Source: Botryllus schlosseri (taxonomy: Eukaryota). Taken from it: a stretch of DNA of 64,000 bases. Position 1 is the stretch's first letter. Every line of letters starts with the position of its first letter. The notes beneath the pieces are model-generated. The model worked only from the letters and a program-made list of their open reading frames with translations, did not search any database and was not told where the DNA came from. The position numbers and the translations under genes were made by a program. The stretch covers positions 15,750,001 to 15,814,000 of the forward strand of contig CM119371.1 in assembly GCA_051294905.1 (NCBI GenBank). Direction: 5' to 3'. Positions 49,900-61,762 of the stretch are shown one piece after another.

Positions 49900-52800
49900 C
49901 GATAAATAATTGTTAGGCGTAGTGATCTGTGGTTATGGCGTAGGACACCATTCCACGTTTTCTTTGCACATTCGTTAAATTCTGTGTTACTCTGCTTTCA
50001 CCACGAGATTTATACCAATTGACACAGCGACCTCAGGCCTGGTGTTTATTTATCGTCATGTATGAGTGAGTCTCTCATTTCCTGACAGCTGTTGTAGGTA
50101 TGAAATCGGCAAAGGTCGAAGCCTATCGCTGTTGAATTGAGTGCAGCATTTGATGATGTTCGGATGGTGACTTCCAACGACTCGGTTAATACAAGCTCCG
50201 TGAGATTGACTTGCTGTTGGGTCATATTCAATGGTTTACTAGGGATATCGTAGTCCTTCACAATCGAGTGCGTCGTGATGTCGCACGAGATGCTACTCGC
50301 TAATTCTCCTCTCAAGCAAATTCACATCACAGCATGTAGTCGTAGTTTTAAATAGGATAAGTTTACTCGAATTGCAACAGAAGGACACAGTTTGGCGTTG
50401 CGATCGTACCGCACGTACTGACAAAATTTTCCTTTGGTTATTCGTTCAATAATTATGTTTCTCTCGTGGCCTAAAATAACTTAGGTATAGAAGGCCACTG
50501 TTACTCTACCCTGACTACACAATAGATGTATACCAAATGTACGTAAAATCTTGGCATCACGAGCTATCGCATGGTTATGCATGAGGGCGTCTCACATTTC
50601 CGCACAGTGTATCCAATTTGTATGGCGCTTTAGAGTTAAGCTGTCTATTTGACCTAATTCTCTTGCCATAAAGAAATGCGAGCACCGTTAAGGCGTGAAT
50701 CACTTGGTGCTGAATCTAGCACCATACTGAATCGATTACTACTGAGCTCAAGAAATCAATTCTGACTACGGCATCGTCTCGCGTCAGATGACAAAGAAAA
50801 AATGCAAACATCAGCTGGACGAGATTGACTTGATCTTTAATGTAGCACGTGACTTATTCGAGATTGAATTAGTACTGAGATCTCTATATCGATTCTGACT
50901 CCAGCTTCATCTAGCATTTGTGTACGCTGTTCTCCTGGTTCTACATCTATAGACATGACAACTGTTGACTGAAAAAGTACGCGATGAGCATTATCGTGCC
51001 TTCTGCCAACAGTATACATGCATGCCCTGTGCGAGACTGATTTCCGGGTACTAGCGTGGCATATTACAGTAGGTAGCATATGTAAGTGTACCCATATGGA
51101 GATCAACATGGAACAGCTCGCAACACAGACACGTTTTGAAATCAGATCGCGAGATCATGTGTCCTTATTTCAATACCTCGACGATTCCGCAGGTTAGGCT
51201 GTGCTCAGTCAACGCGGGACTTGCTTTTGAAAGTGATCTTCGTAACTATCTTTAATTTGACATATAAATACATTTTTGTTCATCTGTCATTACGGCCAGA
51301 ACCGGGATAATAGTTATTAATTCTACACTCAATCAATTAGATAACATAGTATAATATGTAGTTACTAGCTATAGTTTTCGGGTTACGAATATTCGAATTT
51401 AAAAAACGACAGGATACTTTGTCCCATTGCGATCGTACCGACAGCGTAGGATAACTTCATACTTTACACTTTTGCCCCTTACTACGTAATGGACTCGTAT
51501 CAAGTGGAGATAATAGCCTCGCGCCGCGAGTTTTTATATGGTGCAAAAGTGCCAAACTCATTATATCACAGTTCTGTTAGCTATGAAATCGATGTTGAGT
51601 TAAGTGCTAGAGTCGAGGATGTTAGGAAGATGACTGCTACTGACTTTGTTAATCAAGGCACCGTGAGAGTGACTTGCTCTGGTGTCATATTCGATGGATT
51701 ACTTGAAACATCGCACTCATTCACAATCAAGGATGGGGTCTGGTGTCACGCGAATTGCTCCTCGCTATTTATTCTCGCAATCAAATAGATAATACAGCAT
51801 CCAGTTGTTGGTTTTAGTTGGTTACGATTGTATTTTATTTATAAATAAGAAAAAAAGATTGCGATATGACTGATTCTAGATTGGATCAATACCGAGCTCA
51901 GAAAATAGCTTCAGACTAGAGCTTCATATCCCATTTGATGACGCCATTTATCTGACTTTATACACGTGTAAACCTTGGATTGAAAAAAGCCATCGAAGAG
52001 CATTATTGTGCCTCTCTGCCAACAACAGAGAGATATGCCAGACTGTTTTCTTGAAACCCGTAGTATGTTTCTGTAGGATTGTTCAAAAATGACTTTTATG
52101 CTCAAACTGTACTGGCTTCTTGATAAAATTGTTAGGTTACCTAATTAAAGGCTGAACACCAAATTTGGTTCAATTCCAATCCGTAGCCGCATTGCTACAG
52201 GAGAAGAAAGTTTTTTTATTTATTATATCAAAATGAACATAAGAATTTAAATTTTTTTTATTCACCCCACGAACTTGTTAAGTTCTCAATAAAAACGATG
52301 CTCGACATATTTGGCTCAATTCCAACCGGTGGAAGCGGAGTTATTGCCGTCGAAAAATTTTGGATTGGAATAAATAGTGTTTACGGAGCGGAAATTTTTC
52401 AATTCTTTATTTTCATATTTATTTTCATATAATAAAAAAAAATTTCTCCCGTGTAGTAAAGCGGCCACTGGTTGGAATTGAACCAAATTTAGTGTACAGC
52501 CTTTAATGAGATAACCTAACAATTTTATTAAATAGCCAGTACAATTTGAGAATAAAAGTCAATTTTGAACACTCCTAATGTTTCAGTGACATAGTAGTGA
52601 GTGTACCAGTAAGGAGATATCAACACGGAAAAGCCGGTGCCACATACACGTTTTATAAATTCGATCGGGACATATCGCAGCATGTAGATGAAATTCTACA
52701 TACGTTACAGCATTTTGAATTTAGGGAAACATGAGCAATAGTTTGACGCAACGATCATTCTATATACTGAGGCTATGGCGTAGGACATTTTTCACGTTTT

Positions 52801-53650
52801 ATCTGGTAGTACTCTGTTCCCGCCCTTTCTAAGCAAGGAATGTGTAACAATTAAAATCAAAACTTTGCGTAACGGGTTTCTAAATATTGTCATGTATGAC
52901 TGCGTCTAATATCATAACAGCTGTTGTAGCTATTAAAGCGGAGAATGTCGAAGCCTATCGGGGCTCAATGTTAAAGTGAGTGCAGCGGTTGATGATCGTA
53001 GGATGATGAGTTTCAACGACTTGGTTAATACAATCTCAGTAAGATTGACGTTCTGTAGGGCCATATTCAATAGATTAGGATCACTGTACAGTGTACATCG
53101 CACCCATTCACAATTTTAAAGTGAGCTCTGATGTCACACGAAATGTTACCCGCTATTTCGTCTCGCCAACAAACATGCAGATACACAAATACAAATAGAT
53201 ATAAATAAATACACAGTATCTATTTGAAAAAACATCGGAAACTCTTTCGTTTTGTGATCGTGCCCCGTACAGAAGGTATGGCGTAGGTGACTTTCCTCTA
53301 TTATCTACAAACTTATTGGTTTCTTACGGGGCCCGCGATAACTTGGGCGTAAATTAATTATCATAATCCTGATTTCTCTGCCTCCACTCTTTACTACGCA
53401 AGAGATGCATATCAAATGAGTGTATGAACTTCGCGAAGCGGGTTTTACATAGTCATGCATGATTGCATCTCTCTTTTATTCACGGTGTATCGAATCTACA
53501 TTATGCGTTAGCATCGCCGTTGTCATAGGAATCTGATTTTCTCGCTTTGGACGGAGAAAAACGCAAATATTATAAGTAAGTGGTCTGAATTTGCGAAGAC
53601 ATTGGTGACCCGAATTAGTAAAAAGCTTGCGTCGAGGCTACAACTCGGTA
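49900..53650. repeat. Decayed tandem paralogous segments (about three copies)
   Basis: 50090-50320, 51570-51780 and 52915-53170 are mutually similar. The motif TGCGATCGTACC recurs at about 50400, 51428 and (varied) 53255. Stops and frameshifts are present. Confidence 0.6.
52074..52577. mobile_element. MULE-like MITE with long TIRs
   Basis: TAGGATTGTTCAAAA...TTTTGAACACTCCTA; 9-bp TSD ATGTTTCTG/ATGTTTCAG. A partial inverted copy lies at about 54520-54829. Confidence 0.78.
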
Positions 53651-54385
53651 TTAATTATCTGGACTCGGAAGCTAGCAATATTTCAGTGCAGACGTGGAGT
53701 TTAAATAAGGCAATACAATTTTGAAATCTGAAACCTGAAGGGCTCACTTCATGGTAAGTGGTCTGATTTTGCTAATTTGCGAAGATATTGGTGACCCGAT
53801 TGAATATTCTGACAATCACCACAATAAAACTCAATATTAGCTGTAACACTACTCCCGTTCCGGTCGTGAATAGGAAAATGTGCCAAGAACTTTTTATTAA
53901 AGCCTATCTTCTGACGCCTATATCTCGCGTTACCACCATTATCATTCGTCAGCTCATACATATTCTGTTCTTCCTTAAAATTTCGGAACTGACGCTGTAC
54001 AAATGAGTCGAAATTTCGGTTTTATGCAGATTTTTGCTGCCCCGTCACAGCCAAATCCCCCGGAGCGGTAACGGCTGACGCTCAAATTTACAATCAGTGG
54101 AATACATATTGTCAATTTTAACCTTCAAACCTTCTAAGACCCTATGAGCACGCACTTCGGCCGTCTGCTCTCAGACTATTAATATTAGCGCGCCAGTAAC
54201 TTTGGTGCTGATCGTAGATGGCTGATTCGAGATTCGATCACTGCCGAGTTAAAGCCTTACTTACTTCTGAGTTCGGACTTCGGAACGCAGCTTCAAATCG
54301 GATTTGATGACGCTCTTTCCCTGACTTTACACACACACGTCGACCTTGAACTAAATAATGCACTCGATTAGCGTGTCTCTATACC

Positions 54386-56142
54386 CAGTGGCGTAGCAGC
54401 CACCTGGCGGTTCTGGCTCTGCGCCAGGGGCGGCAGGCTCCAAGGGGGCGGCAAAATGAGGCTGCACAGTGCACAGTGCACACCAATTCTTCAATTATGT
54501 ATTATTGTGGTCCCCACCGTAAATACTATTTTATTCAAATCCAAATTTTTCGATGGCAATAACTCCGCTTCCACTGTTCGGAATTTAACAAAATTTGGTG
54601 AACATCGTTTCTATAGACAACCTAACACTTTCATGGGGTGAACAGAAAATTTTCAAATTTTTTGTTATTTATTTTTATATAATGAATAGAAACTTTCTTC
54701 TCCTGTAGCAATGCGGCTACTGGTTGGAATTGAACCAAATTTGGTGTGTAGGCTTAAATTAACCAACCTAACAATTTTATCAAGTAGCCAGTGCGATTTG
54801 AGAAAAAAAGTCATTTTTGAAAAGCCCTAGTGCACAGTGTACACTACACAGCCGGCTAAAAGCAGCGTAATTGGTAGTCCTATATAGCTGGCGTCCCGGG
54901 AGCTAAAATTTAATCAGACTGGTCTCAATCGAAAGCTAGTGTCGCGCTGATTTGGAATATGTTAACATGACAATGGAACCACTCCTAACAATCCGAACAC
55001 AATGACCAATCGACCATGATAATGGAAATTATATCGAGCGATTATTCGGAAAATTGCCGATTTTCAAACCAGGATTTAAATTGTATTTCCGGAATCAGGG
55101 CAACGATAGCTTTCGATTACGATCAGTATTGTTAAATTTGACCGCCCGGAGGGCCTGGCCAACTATAGGATGACCATGACCAATTATGCTGCTTTTACCT
55201 GTCTCATCAGTGTCTGGGTAGTGGGTATTCAAGTGTGACAACTAAGTTGCCCACCTAGCCGTAGGTTAGTGATCTATACTTTGGGTTACGATTGGGGTTT
55301 GGCAAAATCGAGTACCTGAGTGATTCGATTCTGAATCACTTATTAATAATAATATGCTTCGAGTCGAGTATTCCAGTATCCCTATATATGAGGTCAAAAC
55401 AGAATGCCATATGTCACAGTTTAAATATGTACCTTATTTTATCCCACCACAAAGAATATATTGCCTGTTATACATCACATTAAAGATAATTTGGTATTTT
55501 TTCGACCATACTGATTTCATTACATTTTGTGACAATGTTGAGGGGTGATCATGACTTCTGAAATGTGGTATTTCCACTAAACTGAATAACTTTGCACTAC
55601 ATGTTTTGTATGCTGCGATACGGCCAATCAATGTTTCAAGGCTTCCACGGTGGAAAATAGTATCGAAACTATAATTATCGTTGATAAATTAACATCAATG
55701 GCGAGGAGCGTATGATTTCAGTACTCGAAAAAAATCGTCTTTTACTACTGGACTTGAATCATCAGATTGGAGTACTCGAATCATTGTGCCCAGCCCTAGT
55801 TACGATTTGGTACAACAGACCGAGATAGCTGTGAAGGTAAACCGGTCCTAGGAACTGTATAAGTTGGTTATAATTGTCAGATTGACAGATTGGGCATAAA
55901 TTTATACAAGTGTTAATTAAGACTCGAAAATGAAATACATTCGTTCGCTATTTCTCGTCTTTATTATTTTTGGCTTTATTAACGTTGAGACGGTGAGGCT
56001 GAGACGCGGCATATTATTTGAAATATATTTTTTGAAAAGATTGCTTGAACATGAATCTATGTAGAAATTTGCTGCGGTCTACGGAGGGGGGCGGCATTTT
56101 AAGCGAGAGCCAGGGGCGGCAGCACATGCTGCTACGCCAGTG
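54386..56142. mobile_element. Non-autonomous hAT-like element with nested MITE fragments
   Basis: CAGTGGCGTAGCAGC...GCTGCTACGCCAGTG; 8-bp TSD TCTATACC. Confidence 0.85.
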
Positions 56143-56321
56143 TCTATACCAGTGGTACTCAACCGTCGGTCGGCGGGCCGGTGCCGAACCGCCAAGTATA
56201 TTGGAATTCGATATCTCAATTTCAAAATGTAAAAAGTGTAATGCTTGTCCATTAGTGATTTAAAACATCAGATTTTAAATAGATTTATTAATTTGGAACG
56301 TATTTTCTGCATCATGTAGAA

Positions 56322-57846
56322 CAGGGGTGGGCAACATACGGCCCGCGGGCCGGATCCGGCCCGCGAAAGGATTTTGTCCGGCCCGCGGACAGTTTTCAGT
56401 CTTATATGATAATGTGGCCCGCGGCTAAAGTCTGCCGAGATTCCCCGCTATTTGCTTACTATGTCAAATTTTAGTGACTGTATGTTATTTTGTACATGTA
56501 TGCGCACTTGCGTGCGTGCGAGCGGAGCTTGCGCGTAAGTTCGTCGAAGCGAGAAGACTTGCATTATCGGCATTTACGATGCACTTAATCCTAATATCCT
56601 TTGCAGTAATAATAGTGTTTGTAGACTACTATTGTACCACGGCATACTTCTAGACTTTTGTAAGACTGTAAGACGTCGCTTATGCCAGGAGTCGCCAACT
56701 CAAAACGAGTCGCGGGCCAATTTTCAAATTTCGTAGATACCGCGGTCCGCATCAATTCAGTATCGAGGTAAAATAGGCCACACAGATGAACAACGACGCT
56801 ATCTCATCACCTACTCAGCCCTAGTGAATTGATATCTTGGTAAATTTGGGTTACCGGGCTTTATCGAACGCCTTGAAATATTAATTAAGGATTGCACCGT
56901 GTGTTAATTGATCAGAGCATAGTCTCCTATATGGTATCACTAGTGTGTACACAAGCAAATCTCACGGCTTAGTGAAATTGGTCTACGTCACACTTTCCCT
57001 TTGGCCAAAGGCAATTTGACGGTAATTTTTGACCGGCTTGCCGAGCATTAAATTTGATAAAACGGGTATCAATCGAAAACAACCGCGGTACTGATTGCGA
57101 AAATATAAATTTTATTCTGCTCGTGGTCCTGGAACTCTCCAAAATCAGCTCGGATGTTGCATTGTAACGGAGTTTGGTATTGTGACGCAATCAGCATGCC
57201 CTCTGGAAGCAAGTGAGGAGCAGAGTAAATCGCAAACGTATTGGCCCTTGATTGAGCATTGAGCTTCACGCTCTTACTCTCGTGCGCGCTTGCTCATGAG
57301 CTGCTCAGACGGCATGGCATGGCTGCGTCACAATACCAAACTCCGTTACAATGCAACATTCGAGGCTTTTTTTTGGGGGGGGGGGGCAGGACCACGAGCA
57401 GAATACAATTCATATTTCTGCAACCAACACCGTGGTAGCTGTCGATTGATACCCGTTTTATCAAATTCATTGCTCGGAAAGTTGGTCAATAACTACCGTC
57501 AAATTGCCTTTGATGAAATGGAAAGTGTGACGTAGACCAATTTCACTGAGCCGCGAGATTTGCTTGTGTGTTCACACCATATAGGACACTATGATCAGAG
57601 AGAAGCAGACATGGCAGCGCCTGTATGGCAATGCTGTTCTCAAATCTACATTATATCTTCGCTCTTATCGGCGAGAAATGGCTTTGAAAGTGACATTGCT
57701 GTAGTTAAAATAAATTTATTAAATACGATATATTCCTTGTATATGTAGATAAATGGGCGAATAATGTATGGATTCAGCAATCCGGCCCGCCAAGTACTTA
57801 ATTTTCGTATATCCGGCCCGCCGACTGGAGAAGTTGCCCGCCCCTG
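56322..57846. mobile_element. Non-autonomous hAT-like element
   Basis: CAGGGGTGGGCAAC...GTTGCCCGCCCCTG with GGCCCG subterminal repeats; 8-bp TSD ATGTAGAA. Confidence 0.9.
56918..57593. mobile_element. Palindromic P-element-like MITE nested in the hAT element
   Basis: CATAG...CTATG termini, ~280-bp imperfect inverted arms, 7-bp TSD ATCAGAG. Confidence 0.8.
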
Positions 57847-58091
57847 ATGTAGAAGTAGAGAGTTAGTTCATGGTCTACTTTGGATGTTAGTCACGATGGG
57901 GCATGAGTTGTTCGAAACTGTTTAAAAGTAGACTAAAGCTCGGTGCGGACAAGTTATATATGTAAAAGTGACGGAGACTTCTAAACAAACTTCGCCAAAT
58001 TCCGACAATGCAATTAAACGACACATGGCAGAGAGACCATAACAGCAAACAGTAAAGTCACAATTTTTTCTCTCTCTGCTCACATAATCAC

Positions 58092-58900
58092 TAGGGCGGT
58101 TTTTTTACCTAAAAAAAGGAAAATTTTGACCGAACGTATGAAAATTAGGTGTTTTCCCACATAATGTTAAAATTGTACCAATTATCTTCATTTCTGGTGG
58201 GAACTGACTGTCCTAACGAAGTAGTTTGGCCTGAAAAAACGTTTTCGGTTAAGAAACAGGCAACTTTTTACTTGAAAAAACAACAACATTTTAACGAAAG
58301 CTGGCCCTATGAAGAATTCCAGTGGTTACATTATGTCTTATGGTAGAAATAATTTTAAAAAATTGTAGTAGAACGAGAGATATTTTCCTACATTTTTGGG
58401 TAGAAAGTGCATGTCCTTACTAAGAAGCTTGCCAAGGACGTTCAACAGCAGCAGTTGTTGGCTGACAACACTCAAGTTGTGCGTACACTGCTGGTGACAC
58501 ATCGTCTTGCTTCATTCTGACAATGTTGTCTACATCACAATTTTTCATCATGCACTTCTTAATATAAGAATGATGCAATGTGCAAGAAGTCTTTCTTCGG
58601 TTAGGATATTGCGGTGCGTTGACCATAACACCATGTTTACCTACTTGTTTTATTTGACCGTTTATGATTCACAATGAGCAGACCATTAGCCGTTTACAAC
58701 TGCCGTAGGCCTATAAAATAGGCTACAAGCTGTAAAATATCAAATGATAAGTTCACCGACAGCGCAAAACCTACGATACAAATGAAATGCAGACGTCAAA
58801 ACAATTTTGACTTTATGACAAATTTTGGCAAATTTTGACGTAACGCTACAATTTTGACAAAATTTTGACAAATTTTGACATGACAAAAAAAAACGCCCTG
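58092..58900. mobile_element. hAT-type MITE
   Basis: TAGGGCG..TTTTTTT / AAAAAAACGCCCTG ends; 8-bp TSD ATAATCAC/GTAATCAC; AATTTTGAC repeats. Confidence 0.7.
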
Positions 58901-60289
58901 GTAATCACTAATCAGTAATCATATGCCGGCAGAGCTGAGTGACGTGTGTTTGAAAAGGTAGGGCATCTAAATAATAATGAAACATCTTCGGGGGGACCCG
59001 TCGGTATATTGACTTCGTTACATGATGCTATTTCGTACCCTCCTATATCTGGTATGTCAAGAGATATGTCAATCGCTAAAACGTATCAAAAAAGTACGGA
59101 TCCGGCTCCGATTCGGCTCCGGCCGCATCAGAAAAAGCACTGATCAGGCTCCGGTCAAAAATGAAAAAATCCGGCCCGATAACCGATCCGGCTCTGGGCT
59201 ATGCTCCGCACTAACCCACACATACATGGTGTATAAGCGAGTGGCTATGGCGGCACGTTCAAATGTCGAGTAGAGACTTGCGAAATAAAGATCCGCTAGC
59301 GGGCGCCCGAGTTTCGGGCTGAATGTGCCCACTGCCCATATCTAAAGTCTTCAAGAACTGAATCCAACCTAAAAGCCAGAAGCAAAAGATCTATTATTTT
59401 TGTTTTTGTGACTCTTTGCGAAAATTATATCTTCCGCGAAGTTTTGCAGAATCGCGCAAATTTCAAGTAGTTCTTGAACCATATGAGGATAAGATGAAGA
59501 GAACATGTAATTCTGCCATAATGAACAATGCTACGAGCACTCTACGAGAGCTCTATATATCCCTGCTCGTAGTGTAGACGAACATACGTGTATCGCTGTG
59601 CCTATGGCAGGGCCGTAACATCACTTCGTCAGCCCCCCCGGAACGTTGGTCTTGGGCCCCCAACATGGTGATAAACCTACGTTGTTCGCTTTTGCCACGA
59701 AATTATAACTGTACTGTCTAGTGAGCCAGCGCGAGGCGCAATAATTCATGATAACATCGGCCAATAAGATCGGGAATTGCCTATATATTACTATTAATTT
59801 ATTGTCCTCTTCGCTCACGTAATCAGATTTACGGGTAGAGCTGAGTGAGGTGCCTTTGAAACTGCAGAGCCCGTAAATAATGATTGAACATCTTCGGGCG
59901 GGCGGACCCGTTGGTATGAATTCGTTACATGATGTTATTTCGTGACCTCCTGTCTGCTATATCAAAAAATATAGAATCGTCCAAACGTACTAAGCTAAAA
60001 GATCACACGATTTCAGATTGGTATTTGTTCACTGGCATATAATTTTTCCCTGCCGGATGGTATTTGTCTTGTGAGGTTCAGATTGCCGTTCGGCGCCAGT
60101 CATTTAGGCGCCTATGGACAATTAAACCTATATCGAAGTTTTCGGTCGTCATAAGGGCAGTCCTTTTCGGCCAACGTTTTCGCGCTGCCGATCGTTCTGG
60201 CACACTTCTTGGAGTCGCATGATACGTGGCCTAAAACTTTATATGTGTTGGTGCGTCGTGGCGCGGTAATTGTCAACGCCGATATGCAC

Positions 60290-61762
60290 TGTATGGTTAT
60301 GGCTCATACCGTCACGCATGACTTTAGTTCATGCTGACAAAGACTTTTGTGTCAACTCACTGGAGTGGAAGGTAGTGACAAGTACAAGTTTCGGTTAAGT
60401 CTTTCGTTGCTTTATTTACAGCTTAATCATTTATTCGAGTATAAAACTCACTAATAAATGCATAATTGTACATGATTAAACTTCATACACCTGGATAATT
60501 GGCCTGAAATCTTTCATATCAAGCCTGGCACTCAAATGTCTGGTGCACTTGGACTGCAAGATGCTTTACGGAACTACTTCATGACATTCGGCGTTGTAGA
60601 AGAACTGAGCAGCGATGGCGGACCTGAATTCACCGCTCATAGTACGCAAGATTTCCTACGTCGATGGGGTGTTCGTCACAGACTGTCTTCTGCGTACAAT
60701 GCTCGGTCAAATGGCCGGGCTGAAATTGCGGTCAAGTCAATTAAACGACTTATCACTGGAAATATATCACAGGATGGTGAGCTCCGAACCGACTCATTTG
60801 TACGAGCCGTGTTACAGTTCAGAAACTGTCCTGATCCAGACAATGGCCTGTCTCCAGCTCAAATCGTTTTTGGAAGACCTTTGAAAGACGCTCTGCCATT
60901 CAAGAAAGTTGGTTCAGTCTTCAACGGACATATCGTAAGACCGATGTGGACAAAGCTATGGCAAACAAGAGAACGTACGTTACGTACCAGGTTCGCTAAG
61001 CAGCTCGAATCTTTGCGGCCGCGCACTCATAATCTGGCACCCCTTGAAGTGGGGGACATATGTCGTGTACAAAATCAACATGGACGTTTCCCTCTTCGAT
61101 GGGACAAGACCGGTATGATTGTTCAGTGTAACGGCAATGACCAGTATCTTGTTAAGATTGATGGGTCCGGGAGATTGACTTTGCGAAACAGAAAGTACCT
61201 TCGTAAAGTACAGCCATTCTGTCGATATACTGAAAAGCAGCATGGTACGGAAACTTTATTACCCGTGCCGACACCTGAGTCACCGCATGTTGATGGTGCG
61301 AATCCCGCGCAGAGGATTCTCAATGACGCACACGAGGAAAAAGATTGCAACGACCAGCCTGTGGATGATGTTGACGATGCGTACGTGGATGATGACTCTC
61401 CTGGTACTTCTCCATCAACCAGCGCTGATGGTGGCCGCATGTCAAACCGTGTCAAAAATCCTCCATTTTGGCACAAAGACTATGTCCTTGGCGCGGTCTA
61501 TTCATATTGATGCATGTTTATTGTTGCGCCTTTTATTTTCAACTCCTCAAGTTGTGCCTTTCTCGGAGTTGTGGGGGGATGTATGGTTATGGCTCATACC
61601 GTCACGCATGACTTTAGTTCATGCTGACAAAGACTTTTGTGTCAACTCACTGGAGTGGAAGGTAGTGACAAGTGCAAGTTTCGGTTAAGTCTTTCGTTGC
61701 TTTATTTACAGCTTAATCATTTATTCGAGTATAAAACTCACTAATAAATGCATAATTGTACA
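60290..61762 (+). mobile_element. Miniature LTR retrotransposon C (1,473 bp), relative of element A, retaining only part of the integrase
   Basis: 183-bp LTRs at 60290-60472 and 61580-61762 with one substitution seen. 5-bp TSD TGCAC. PPT GGAGTTGTGGGGGGA. Confidence 0.95.
60536..61510 (+). pseudogene. N-terminally truncated Gypsy integrase
   Basis: SDGGPEF...SNGRAE present. The HHCC region and first catalytic Asp are deleted. Highly similar to 12927-14246. Confidence 0.9.
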
